DNA of 64,000 bases, taken from NCBI RefSeq assembly GCF_006345805.1, contig NC_043008.1, forward strand, positions 55,180,001-55,244,000. The letters run 5' to 3'. Below, one piece after another: positions 13,044-25,727 of this stretch. A program made the position numbers and the translations under genes. Positions within the stretch are counted from its first letter, which is position 1; each line of letters starts with the position of its first letter. The stretch comes from Octopus sinensis (lineage: Eukaryota). Under the pieces are notes generated by a model. That model saw nothing but the letters and a program-made list of their open reading frames with translations. It was not told the DNA's origin and did no database searches.

Positions 13044-13159
13044 GCGCCTGGAGTAGTTGATAGTGATTAAGTAAATCTGTGATCCAGCTGTAGATTAAAG
13101 GGTGGAACCATTTAACCACACTTACAATACTGATGCCCTTCACACGTTGTCACAGTCTC

Positions 13160-13905
13160 ACTTTTGACTCTATATTTTCTATGCATGGGTCAGACAGAAT
13201 TTGCTGAGGTATATTTTCTATGGCCAGATGCCCTTTTTGTGACCAACACTTGTTTTTAAACAAAGTAATATCGCCAATGGTCAGACGTATTTTTCATGGA
13301 AGACTACAAATGAACATCATGCTTCTTTACAACCATCATGTGATGTCAAGACAAGGTATACAGGTGTGCTTGCACGCGGGTCAGTCCCACTGTGTGGCAC
13401 CTTGGGCAAGTGTCTTCTACTATAGCCTCGGGCCGACCAACGCCTTGTGAGTAGATTTGGTAGACGGAAACTGAAAGAAGCTCGTCGTATATATATATAT
13501 GTATATATGTGTGCGTGTATGTTTGTGTGTCTGTGTTTGTCCCCCTAGCATTGCTTGACAACCGATGCTGGTGTGTTTATGACCCCGTCACTTAGCGGTT
13601 CGGCAAAAGAGACCGATAGAATAAGTACTGGGCTTACAAAGAATAAGTCCCGGGGTCGAGTTGCTCGATTAAAGGTGGTGCTCCAGCATGGCCGCAGTCA
13701 AAATGACTGAAACAAGTAAAAAAGAGATGTATACATACAACAGGCTTCTTTCAGTTTCTATCTACCAAGTCTTCTTACAAGGCTTTTGTCAGCCCAGTGC
13801 TCTATAAAAGACACTTGACCAGCATGCTACACAGTGGGACTGAACCCAAGACCAAGACCAAATGGCTTGGAAGCAAGCTTCTTGACCACACAGCCATACC
13901 TGCAC
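13160..13905 (-). mobile_element. Composite SINE (A-type head plus M-like tail) interrupted by a SINE-A
   Basis: Halves 13160-13360 and 13730-13905 match the uninterrupted arrangement at ~36330-36620. Confidence 0.55.
13377..13726 (+). mobile_element. SINE-A, young, 5' truncated
   Basis: Near-consensus body. Candidate TSD GTATACA at 13356-13362 and 13729-13735. Confidence 0.92.
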
Positions 13906-14127
13906 CTAGTTAAAATCAACATACATCCCTTACTTCCATTCTTCATCCCTTTTGTGTTTCTCTCTTTCTGTACATTTCTCCTAGTTCTTCTTTCTCAGAT
14001 TTTCAATCTTTTGGAGCTCACTTTCTGTTCACGAAATTCTCTGAAGTCCTTGTTTACTATTTATCACATCAGCTTCACCCATCTGAGAAGACTTGCCGCC
14101 AATAAAGACAGTGCTTCCCTTTTAGTT

Positions 14128-14363
14128 AGATTAACATTTAGTATTTTTAAACTAGCCATATCCAGCCCAGATATTCTACCTGTTTTATGTTCAGGCCAGC
14201 CACATCTGGCTTCTCTCACCTACCCTACAATGTCATTCTAAAAATACACAATCACATCATCAAAGTCTTGAAGCTATTAGATAATGATTGATAAATTTAA
14301 AACAATGGGAATAAATAAGGGTTTCTTACGTTTGATGAATAAATCTGAATACTGAAGGGTTAA
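14128..14363. mobile_element. TTAA-flanked MITE family 2
   Basis: Ends ...gaagggTTAA. Reverse orientation relative to 49316-49540. Confidence 0.65.
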
Positions 14364-16373
14364 AAAGAAAATTCAAACTTGCTTGAAGTGATGTTTGCAG
14401 TTCTTTAGAGTGATGCTTCACTTTTATTTCATACTATAAATTTTATATTTTCCCTTTTCACATCAGAACAAAAGTATAATATGGTGTAGGTTTTATTTCA
14501 TTGTTTGCTCATCTAAGGAGGAATTTTGGTTCCTAAACCTCCTTCTAAAATCTTTGCAAAAGATGGGCCAAGCTTATTGATTAAGGCCGGTTTCTTTTGT
14601 TAATGCTTATGTCCTAGAGCTATCAAAACCCAAATAGTATCTAGCATAAGATTGTGGCACAACAATGGATATCTGGCTCTAACTAAAGAATTGGAGACTG
14701 ACTTTTCGAGTGGCCAGTGGAAAAGTATCAGCTGTCAGCCATATTATAGTTCTATGTTATAGTTATTGATCTACAACAATATTGAAGAATATTTTTACCA
14801 ATATGTTTACTCAGAATGGTTGAACTGTTTTCTTTGCTCTACGTTTGAATTTGCTTTGCCTCCACACAGTGCCAATATTCTGTTCAATAACACTTTATGA
14901 TTACTATTTGATGTTGAGATTTAGATGCGTATTCTTTATTGTGGCTTTTGCATGTCTATTTTTCCTCTGGTTCCAACCATTTTCTCGAATGTCTGTTTAA
15001 ATTTTTTTTTATTGTTGTTGTTTTTCTTTTTTTTGCTTTTATTTTGCTATTTTGTTGAATATATATACATATATATATACACACACACACACATATATAT
15101 ATATATACACATATATATATATACACATATATATATATATATATATTATTTATTTATTTCTCAGTATTTCTTACTGTTCAATGCACAGTTTTGTGCATTC
15201 ATAATCTGCCTTCAATTTTTACATTGTGACATACATGTTAATTTTTTTTTCACTTTAAGAAATTCAGTGTCACTTTCCTTTGTTTTTGTTTTTTAACTAC
15301 TTATAAATATGTAAATATAGCTTACAAGATACATAATTCTAGATTGCATCATGTGACTTAGCTAAGGAATATACCTTTGTCTTTCAAGGAAAAATTTCTA
15401 GCAACAGGCTAGCCTCCCGATTAGAGGAAAATTTGATTCAGCTATTTTATGCTACAGAAAATAAAGTTATGGATTGACTCTGCAATCAATCAGTGTTTGC
15501 ACATGTTGTCATTCTGTGATGGTTTGTCAGGAACCTCCAGTAAACCTTCAACACATATATTAAGAATACTCTTGGCTTGTCTGCTCTGTGATTGTAATCA
15601 CCAAACGGAATCTTTGGTCATATATGATACGCAGACAAAATAAATATTTGCAAAATAGATGCAGTAAGTATTACCCCTGCACTTAGTACCACACACTTCC
15701 AATGTTGCCTTCATATTTTGGTATTATAAAAGAATACCTCAGTGAGAGGAATTATGGAATAAATTATTGATGTCTGGATTGTGGCAGATGCAAACTCAAA
15801 GATACCCCCACCTACCACCATCTTCTAGTTCTCATAATAAGTAAATTATCTACCACCATATAACACTACACCCCACACTTCCTATGAATATTAAAGTAAT
15901 TTAGAGATTTCGTCGGCTGATATTTCATAACAGCAATAATTGGAAGCAGCTATGTAATAGACATACATCATGGACTATACCAGTCAAGTCTTGACTTGGT
16001 CTCCAATAAATCTACAACACACTGGGAAAAAAAGGAAACAGTGCATCTTGCATCATCACAGTCTAACACAAATCATACTCATTGATCACTTGCATAAAAT
16101 TGAAAGGATGACCAGGCCTTTCAATTTGACTAATTAGGGAAGATGACTGTTTGTTGCTGCTATAAACTCCAGTCCCGTTTATTATATAAACAATCACTTC
16201 CAAGGAATTAAATGCACCTAGAACCCTGCAAGACACTACTGTAACACTGCAAAATACTGTTGCACCACTTTAGAATTCTGCTGCAATACTATCCTAGCGA
16301 CACTATGCCAATCAAGCCAGAGTAATATAAACTGCACACGCGATAAATATTTTGCTGGGATCCTCACAATAAT

Positions 16374-16849
16374 CATCATCATCATTGTTCGACCGTGGTA
16401 AAGACAATGGAATTTACCATGCTATGCCAGACTTCATGGTCCATCATAGCATTAAGGAGGTCCTGTTACTGGATGCCTGTATCCCTAGAGATTACATCAG
16501 GGTAGGAGAGTGTGCGCCCTCTGGTATTGCGAGTAGATGGCTTCCAGATCTGGTCATCAAATCTAGGTAGAGACTTCAAACTTGAAATCTTCAAAGCCAC
16601 AGTTGAACCAATTCTACTATATGGCTCAGAAACCTGGACGTTATCAAAGAAGCTTGAGAGGCGGTTGGATGGAACCTACACTCGCCTCCTTATGAGAGCT
16701 CAAAATCTCTCGTGGAAGCGTCATCCAACCAAAATGCAAATATATGGGAAACTACCACCTGTGTCATCTCTTGTGAAAGGTAGGAGAGTCCAGTTGTTGT
16801 AGAGCTGAAAACGAGGCAATTTCTACTCTTCTCCTCTGGAAGCCATCTA
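16374..16849 (-). mobile_element. RTE-clade LINE 3' fragment with 5' inversion
   Basis: 16549-16849 (+) encodes IFKATVEPILLYGSETWTL...RRLDGTYTRLLMRA, an RTE RT C-terminal region. 16374-16548 (-) encodes the continuation WKPSTRNTRGRTLSYPD...VEQ* and a (TGA)n tail. TSD CTCACAATAAT. Confidence 0.9.
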
Positions 16850-17142
16850 CTCACAATAATAATGATGGAGAAGTAATTACCGGACAACTTCTAACCTAGT
16901 CCACTTTACCTGTGTCTGCTGTGATCACAGCCAAACCCTTACAGGTATACAAAAATCAAACTAATTTAAAGACCAGGACAAAGCCTGGAAAACCACATGA
17001 TAAAACCTTTGTATATCAGTGTGTAGAATGGTCTTCAACCATGCAGAAGTAGAGTACATCTGAAGCGTGGATCTGTGAATTATTCATTGTCATTCACCTA
17101 CCACAAATTAGTCCTGAATCAGGACTCACTGAATTTTTTAGA

Positions 17143-17317
17143 TTTTTAAGAAATAGTGTCGTCGCTTTAAGACCACAACTTGTTCACTGACAAAAATCCG
17201 TGTTGCATCTCTGGATTTTTGTCAGTGAACAGGTCGCGGTCTTAAAGCAACGAAAATATTTTGACAAATTAAACTTAAATGTTGAAGTGAATCGAACGGC
17301 TTTTTAAGAAATAGTGT
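17143..17317 (+). mobile_element. Short fold-back insertion, probably a Penelope-like pLTR fragment
   Basis: 17-bp direct repeats TTTTTAAGAAATAGTGT (17143-17159, 17301-17317). 40-bp inverted arms 17160-17199 and 17213-17252 with 4 transitions. Confidence 0.7.
17218..17268 (+). ncRNA. Minimal type I hammerhead-ribozyme-like motif, G3:C8 variant
   Basis: Stem I TTTGTCA/TGACAAA, core GTGAACA, stem II GTCGC/GC(G>A)AC, GAAA, palindromic stem III AAAATATTTT. Confidence 0.6.
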
Positions 17318-17635
17318 TTATACTTATACACCTCTAATCTTAATTTTAATATAAAGAAATACAAACATTGACTTCTTTTTGCTGTGCACAAAGACCCCAT
17401 ATTTCAGAAGATAAAGCATGAGATATTTTCACTTAGAAATATTTCCTAAAAGCATTAAAGCAGTGTAATTGAAGAGACATGGTGCCATCTGTGAGTTGAA
17501 ACCATTCCATATAAGGCCTAGTGTGTAACTAATACTTGAAAAACATCAATTTCACAGTAGTTCTTACATTATATGGTTTCATTTCACAGGTAGCTAGAAT
17601 AATTTTGATTGAACAATTGAAAAGGAAATATTTTC

Positions 17636-17856
17636 AATCTTTTGTTACCATATTTCTGTTGAAACATTCTACCTTTCTTCCAGCTAATTTTCAAAATAAT
17701 GAAGAATTTAGTAACATAATTTTAGTATTAAGCTAGCATTTGCAACATAAATCCTTATGAAATTGAGGTGGAATGTTTAAATTTAGATCACTTTAAAACT
17801 GGAAGTTCATATCAAAGAGCTAGGGGCAGTCTCAGGCAGGTTGATATCAAAAGTAT
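17636..17856. mobile_element. Degraded TTAA-type MITE, homolog of 56198-56426
   Basis: Shares ctttgttaccatatttct, aaaataatgaagaattta and gtct.aggcaggtt. Confidence 0.55.
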
Positions 17857-18291
17857 TAAGAATGGGCATAGAACTTGGAAACAAAAGAAAATGCATTTGT
17901 AGTTTTAAGGTTATGAGGAAAGAAATTAAACTTAAATCTTGATATGAAAACATGGATATCTTTGTAGTATAGTTATAAACACTAATTATTCCATTAGTTC
18001 TATATTGATTTAAGGTCAACCACTATATACATAGAATCCCAGTCCTTACTGCTGTGTGGTGGCTTGTGTGTTTCAATGGCCCTACAAGATATCCCAGAGG
18101 TAAAAAAAAAAATGGTTTGCATAGGCCCAACACCCTTACCTCAAAAAAATAAAGCATATTTAAAATCACAATGGAGAAAAATCATCAATGGTCTATGCTC
18201 CAATGGGAGCAGAGGCTTAAGTAAGCAAATAACTATAAACATAGAAGGGGGAAGAGTATCTTTTAAAAAGTAAATGTAAACTTGTTTTTAG

Positions 18292-18502
18292 CCCTTCTTT
18301 ACTGTATTTACCTTGAGATGCTCTGTTTCTTTCAATTACTTGAAATATAACAAAAAAATTAGTAAAATAACTTAGTTATCATTAAGCTAGTGTTAGGGAC
18401 ATAAATTGTGATTAAGGTTTGGTGGAAGATTTTAACTCAAAGCCTATGAAAACAAGGCATTTGTAGCCAGAGCCAGTTTCAGTCGGGTTGGTAACAGAAG
18501 GG
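18292..18502. mobile_element. piggyBac-type MITE family 1
   Basis: Homolog of 3348-3538. Right end gaagggTTAA. Confidence 0.75.
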
Positions 18503-19005
18503 TTAAAGAATACTGAAAAATATTCAATGGTTTTTTTTTTTTTTATAAATTGTCCATTGAAAATTGAAGCAAGATACCCATGTGATTTAAATCTAGCTGT
18601 ATAGTGTAATTGAATTGAAAAGCCTCAAAATCGTGTTGGATTTCAGCATTCAAGGCAATTAGGAGATCAAATATTGTTGTAATGAAAGAAGAAAAATGTT
18701 TTAAAATAAATAATTGCGAATGGTAGCAGGATTAGGATCAAAGAACTAATGACTGTTGAGAAGTATCAAGCTCTCTGATGTTTCAGAACTATAAAAATGG
18801 TATCTACTTCTTGATCATTATGTTTGAAATTAATAGACAGAATAAATAAATAAATAATGATAAATAAATAAAATAGAAATTAAGAAAAACTACATTGTTG
18901 GGTTGAAACTTCTATAATATAACAAGTATTTGCTTGTGTAAGGCATCATAATACATAAAATGCATCCAGCCTCAAAATTATTGTCTGTAATTTGTCTCTA
19001 GGTAT

Positions 19006-20830
19006 GTTAGTTAGTTAGTTAGTTAATTTGGCTCAAAAGCAAATAGCAAGGCCATGTAGGGGGACATGGAGTTAAGTACAGGGTGGTGTTCATGTAAAGA
19101 GTTCAGGCCACTTGAGGTCCAGGGAGGCTTTGAACAAAGCGGTTGTCGGCATCTTCACCATCTCATCTGGCAGCTTGTTCCACGGATCCGCAACCCGGAC
19201 GGAGAAAGCTCCTCTCCTTCGATTGAGATGAAATCGTCGCAGGTAGAGCTTTTCGGAATGACCCCGCAGCCGACGCTCCAGAGCAGGAGTGAAGAACAGC
19301 TCTTTCGAGAGGTTACACTTCCCGCTTATGATGTTGTGGGCGAGAATGAGATCACCACGGCGGCGGCGTTTTTCAAGAGAATAAAGGTCGAGCGTCCTCA
19401 GCCTTTCTTCGTAGGACAATTTTTGAGACCATGAACCAGGCGGGTAGCCAGCCTCTGGACTCTTTCGAGGTGCTGTATGTCTTTGAGGAGATAGGAGAAG
19501 AGGCTTGAATCCCATACTCCAATATGGGTCTCACCAGCGTGACATAGAGTGGCAGGAATATGGCTGCTGTGAGCACTCCGAATGACCGTCGAATCAAAAA
19601 CAGAATTCCGCGCGCTTTGTTGGCAGCATGGACGCACTGGGCCGAAGGCGAAAAGGAGGAATCCACCAAGATACCCAGGTCCTTTACCTGATCGGTCCTC
19701 TCCAGCAGCAGACGACCCGGCTCGAAATCAAGTTGAGTTGTAGGAGTAGAGCCGACAGGCAGATAACAGCACTTTGACACGTTCAGACACAGGTCCCAAT
19801 CGTTAGACCACTTCCAAATTTGGTGGAGGCATCGACGAAGATCCTCTATACTACCGCGAGGAGCGACCAGTTTGATATCGTCGGCAAATAGAAGGGTGTG
19901 TTGCGTGAGGTCGTCGGGCAAGTCATTTATGAAGACTAAGAACAACAAGGGCCCAAGCACTGAACCTTGAGGCACGCCGCTGCTCGCACTGGAGACGTCG
20001 GACCGCGAACCATTAACTTGAACATGGAAGGAGCGATCTGAGAGGAAGGCACCAACCCATCGTACAATATCCGGATGGAAACTATATGCTTGAAGCTTGA
20101 CAAGTAGTAGACGGTGGTTTACCGAGTCAAAAGCTTTGGCAAAGTCCAATAAAACGATGTCAACAGCATCACTATCATCGAGGATGCGCGTCACCAATTC
20201 TTCCATTACTAGTAAGTTGGTCAAGCATGATCTCTTCGGCATGAAGCCGTGTTGGGAATCAGTGATCGAGGCTGTGCTTAGGAGGTGGAGCATCATACTT
20301 TTCTTAAGGATGGTTTCGAACATCTTGCTGATTATTGATGTAAGGAAACCGGTCGGTAGTTAAGCGGGTCTTCGCGGCTCCCTTTCTTGAAAATTGGGCA
20401 GATTATCGCTGTTCTCCAGTCTGCAGGTATAACACCCGTCGCCAATGACATATTGAATAGTCGTGTTAAGGGCTCGCAGATGACCGGAGCCAACGCTTGA
20501 TAACCCGTGGGTGTATGCCGTCAGGGCCGTGACCCTTGTTGACATCGAGGCCTTGAATAACACGTTTGACTTGGTCCCGCGTGATGATCAATCGAAGCAT
20601 TGGAGGTACCGATCTATCAAATGGAGGGGGTTCACGACCATCATCTTGTTTGAAAATAGTTGAAAAAGCCTCGGCAAATAATTGACTCTGTTGATAAGGG
20701 TCCTCAATCGATACGCCTGTTGAGTCTACCAATGTTACAATCTGGTTGTTCAAGCGGGAATTCCGCTGGACATGGCAAAGAAGGTTTTTGGATTGCTACT
20801 GGCATTTGCCGCGATTTTGTATTCATAACT
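19006..20830 (-). mobile_element. CR1/L2-group LINE, 5' truncated, RT domain with a few frameshifts
   Basis: LDFAKAFDSVNH, GVPQGSVLGPLLF, LFADDIKL, PILEYG, LRGH...FSVRVADPWNKLP. (TAAC)n tail at 19006-19025. ORFs 19090-19515, 19373-20323 and 20466-20753. Confidence 0.95.
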
Positions 20831-20839
20831 ATATGTGTA

Positions 20840-20903
<64 letters not shown>

Positions 20904-21169
20904 CTATATAAATAAGGATAAGATTGTTATTTTAAATAGCTATCAAATCTTGTGACAGCATGGAAGAAAAACCCTTATAGGTTATAATAATTATTTAAAT
21001 TATAAATAAGAGTATCTAAGATATACCACCATGCTTGAAATAGCTATCAAAACCCAATTCTAAAGCCACATCAAGTACAGCACAAGGTGAAAAAACAAAA
21101 GACAAATAAACTAGTATAAAATTGGATAAAAATACATTTCCAAGAAAGGAAATAATAATAATAATATTA

Positions 21170-21385
21170 ATATATTTTACTATAGGTACTAGACCTGAAA
21201 TTTGGAGAGAGGTGGTTAGGCAATTACATTGACCCTATTGCTCCACTGATACTCATTTAATTGACCCTCAAAGGATAAAAGGCAAAATTGACCATGGCAG
21301 AATTTGAACTTAGAATGTAAAGCTGGAAGAGATGCCACAAAACATTTTGTCCAACATGCTAATGATTCTGTCAGTTCACTGCCTT
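21170..21385 (-). mobile_element. SINE-N, diverged
   Basis: aaaggataaaaggcaaaattgacc...tttgaacttagaatgt motif. Confidence 0.7.
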
Positions 21386-21589
21386 GATAACAGTAATTCT
21401 GATAATTATAATAAAAATAACCCTTTTTAATTTTGGTACAACACCAGCAATTTTGAGAAGAGGAGATAAGTTGACCCTATCAGCCCCAATATCCCTAGTG
21501 CTTGTCTGGTATTTTATTTTACCAATTCTGGTGATGAACGGCCAAGTTGACCTCAGTAGGATTTGAACTCAGAATATAAAAAATAATAT

Positions 21590-22065
21590 AATAATGAATT
21601 TATTGTATACAGTGCTCAGGTGCACCACAACTTGTCAAAAGTGTGTATAAAGCATATGCAGTAATGTACAAATGTCTGCAAAGTGAACAGTGTATGAGTC
21701 AGATACATGCTTGTGTGTGTATGGAGGGGAGAAAATCAGGTGTAGTGTTGGTGAATCTCAGGAAGCATGGAAGTTTTGAAGGATGCAGTGCTCTGACTAC
21801 TAACAACTGATGCCGGCAGTCTTAGCGTGAAAAAATGTTTCCGAAAGTCATGGGAGCTGTGCTGTTTTCTGACTTTGTAAACATGTCCATGGGTGTTAGA
21901 TAGACGGAGTTTGAAAAGGTGCTCAGAGTTATTGCTTGTAAAATGGTTAATAATTTTATGGGTGTCTGCCAAGTCAGCTGCCAGACGTCAGAGTTTCAAT
22001 GTATCCATGCCCAGGGAAGTAAGGCGTTCGGAATATGGCAACTACCTGATGGAGGCAGAAGAATT
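21590..22065 (-). mobile_element. Second CR1-type LINE 3' fragment nested in a SINE-N
   Basis: LPYSERLTSLGMDTL and THGHVYKVRKQHSSHDFRKHFFTLR. SINE-N halves at ~21420-21585 and ~22066-22110. Confidence 0.8.
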
Positions 22066-24551
22066 ACTGCAAGGCATTTTGTCTGACATTCAAACAATTC
22101 TGCTAGCTCATTATCTAATAACAACAACAATCATAATAATAATAATAATAATAATAACAGTCATAACCTCACTATTAGTACTGCTGTTACTACTACTATT
22201 AACATGACATTAATATTTTTGACAGTCAAGCATGATACTACATTAACTGCAACAATCCAAGGTGAAGACAGTATTTTAGGTTTTAATTAAATGTCTAAAT
22301 GATTTTTACCTGTTCTTTTGTGTAGAGTTTTTGGTTTTATAAGTTTGTTTCCTTTTTGTTTTTTTTTTTTTGTTGTTTTCTTTTACTCCCTTTCCCTGCA
22401 TTTCTCCTTTTGCTGTTTTTTCTTTTGACTGTATTTTGCGTTATACGTTACATGTGTGTGTGTGTGTGTGTGTATATATTCCCCATTTAATTCCCTGTTC
22501 TACCAATTTTCTTTTCTCTGTTGCTTATAAATGAAATGAAGTTTTCATTTAAAGGTTACAATATCAATTTTTTTTTCTTCTAATTTTTTTTTTTTTTGTC
22601 ATTGAAATATTGATCATTTTATTTTTTTTAATTATTACATTTAATTCCAATGTACAATAACTACAAGGTCGGCAGAGTGGTTATAGGATTGTCAACTATT
22701 CAGTGATTAGTTCAAATCTAAAACATGGGAATTCCAATTTTTTTTTTGTCTTATCTGAATATCTGAATTGTCAAATTGATAAAAATAGAACTGAGATTAT
22801 TATCTTTAAGCGAAAATAAAATTGAAATAGTTTCTTTAACCTCCAAAACAGGAGGAAATCTACAAAAAATAACAAAAAAAAACCATTTTCAACTTGTATT
22901 AAAAAATTTATAGCTGAAGGAAATTTCAATAGAAGTTAAAATTTGAATTGAATATAAAAATGAAGAAAATGGCAAAAAGTTCTTCTCCAAAGTAGTTTAG
23001 TATTGATGTTTTAGTGAATTTCTAGATGAGAAAAACAAAAAACCTTGTGAAGGCATATGGCTTAGTAGTTTGAGCATTTGGCTCATGATCGTAAGGTTGT
23101 GAGTTTGATTCTCAGCAGTGTGTTGTGTCCTTAAGCAAGACATTTTATTTCATGTTGCTCCAGTCCATTCACCTGGCAAAAACGAACAGAACCTATATTT
23201 CAAATGGCCAGACTTGCCACATTCTGTATCATGTTGAATCTCCCTGAGAACTACGTTAAGGGTATGCATGTCTGTGGAGTGGTCAAGCCCATATACATCA
23301 TTGGCTCTCACACAGTTTCTACTTGGCAAATTCACTCACAAAGCACTGATCAGTCTAGATCTATAGTAGAGTACACTTGCCCAAGGTGCCATGCAATGTG
23401 ATTGAACCTGAAACCATGTGGTTGCAAAGTATGCTTCTTAACCTCACAGCCATACTTCAGAAGACACTGATGCCTTCTCGCCCCCCCCCCATTACCGTTG
23501 ACCCAACACAACATCTAGGATGTAATGGCTGGAGGGAGGGATAGAGAGAGAGAGAGGTCTGTGCCAGTACTTGGCTGGTACACATTACAGCTTAGCAGAC
23601 TACAGCAATGTAAAGTAAGGTGCCTTGCCACCTAGTTCAGGAATTGAACCCTAACCACTAGGCTGCATGTCTTCACAAGTGAAATAGTAAAAAATGAAAA
23701 ATTCTATTTAGAAAATAATCTTCAAATTTTAAATTAACTTTCAAGATTTGGTTCTTTTTTTTTCTTTCATTATTGACCTTTTCAAATGCATTTAATCAAA
23801 AAAAAAAAGTTCCAATTTTCTTCTATCTAATTTTTAGCGTATGGCATCTATACTTTTTTTTTTTCTTTTTGTGACAGTGGGATTACTTTAGAGAAAGACA
23901 AAAAGAATTTGAATATATTTTAATATGAGTTATTAATTTTAAAAATATATGGTGGTGAGCCTCGGTTTTCTTGAGATTTCTTTTATTCTTCTCTTGACTT
24001 TGTGGAGATCAAACAAAAAATTACTATTGTATAGATAGCTTATGAAATTGTTTTGAAGTGTGCATGCATGCATGTGTGTACCTTTGTGTCTGTGTTTTTG
24101 TCCCCCTTCCCCTCGTGTCCACCACCCGATATCCATTGTTGGTTTGTTTATGTTCCTGTAAATTAACAGTTCAGTAAACGAGACTGATAAAATAAGTACC
24201 AGACTTCAGAAAAAACTACCAGTGTTGATTTGTTTGATTAGCCCTTCAAGGTGGTGTCCCAGCAAAGCCGGAGTCCAGTGACTGGAATAAGTAAAAAATA
24301 AACGACAAGATGCTTATATCTGTCTGTACATAGTCACAAGTAAAAAGTCTGTAGAAATATTCTATGATATAATGTAAACATTGATATAAGACAGCACTCC
24401 TGTGATATATCGGTTGTTTTACTTTTTACTTTATTGAAACTTATGAATAAATGTAATGTTCAGGATAAATTTAATGTTAATTATACATACACATAGCCAC
24501 ATGTCTGTATATACATACATGCATACATAAGGTGCCAAAATTTGTAAAAAG

Positions 24552-25240
24552 TGTTGCGCTGGCAGATTCAAGCACCCTGAACGAAATGCTTAGCAGTATT
24601 TCATCCATTTTTACATTCCAAGTCCAAATTCCGCCAGGTTGACTTTGCCTTTCATCCTTTCTGGGTCAATAAAAATAAGTATCAGTTGAGCACTGGTTGA
24701 TGTAACCGACTTACCCCATCCACCCAAAATTTCTGGCCTTGTGCCAAATTTTGAAATCACTATTATTATAACCATCATCATCTCTAAGGTGGTGAGCTGG
24801 CAGAATGGTTAGCACGCCAAATGAAATACTTAGCGGTATTTCGTCTACTGCTACATTCTAAGTTCAAATTCCGCTGACATCAACCTTGCCTTTCATCCTT
24901 TCGGGGTCGATAAAAATAAGAGTAATCAACTCATCCCCTTCCCCAAAACTGTTGCCCTTGTGGCAAAATTTGAAACCATTATCATTATTGTAGTTGTTGT
25001 TAAGGCAACAAGCCTGTAGAATGGTTAGCACATCAGCGGAAATGCTCTGCGGCATTTCATCTTCATGATCTGAGTTCAAATTCCACTGAGGTCAACAGGG
25101 CCTTTCATCTTTTCGGGGTTGATAAAATAAGTTGAATACCAGTTGAATGCAGTCAACCTATCACCTCTCCCAAAATTGCTGGCCTTGTGCCAGAATTTGA
25201 AATCATCTTCATCATCATCATCATCATCATTATTAGTATG

Positions 25241-25304
<64 letters not shown>

Positions 25305-25657
25305 AGGCAGCATATGGTGGAATCTTTAATGTGTTGGACAAAATGCTTAGTGACATTTTTCCAAATATTTCCATGGTCAACAAAATAAAGGACCGGCTCA
25401 ATACTGGGATCAATGTAATTGACTAGGCCCTCTCTCACTAAAATTACTGCTCTTGTACCAAAATTTGAAATCTTTGTCAGCAGAATTGTGATCCTACCAG
25501 ACAAAATGCTTTTCTTCCAGCTTTACATTCTGAACTCAAATTCTGCCGACGTTGACTTTGCCTTTCATCCTTTCAGGGTCTATGGACATTGGGGCCGATG
25601 TAATCAACTAATCACCTCTCCCCAAATTTCAGACTTTGTGCCTATAGTAGAAAGGAC

Positions 25658-25708
<51 letters not shown>

Positions 25709-25725
25709 TACTATTATTATATATA
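24552..25725 (+). mobile_element. Head-to-tail array of five SINE-N copies, most separated by (ATT/CAT/AGT)n tails
   Basis: Heads at ~24552, 24786, 25001, 25303 and 25475. Confidence 0.75.
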
Positions 25726-25727
25726 TA

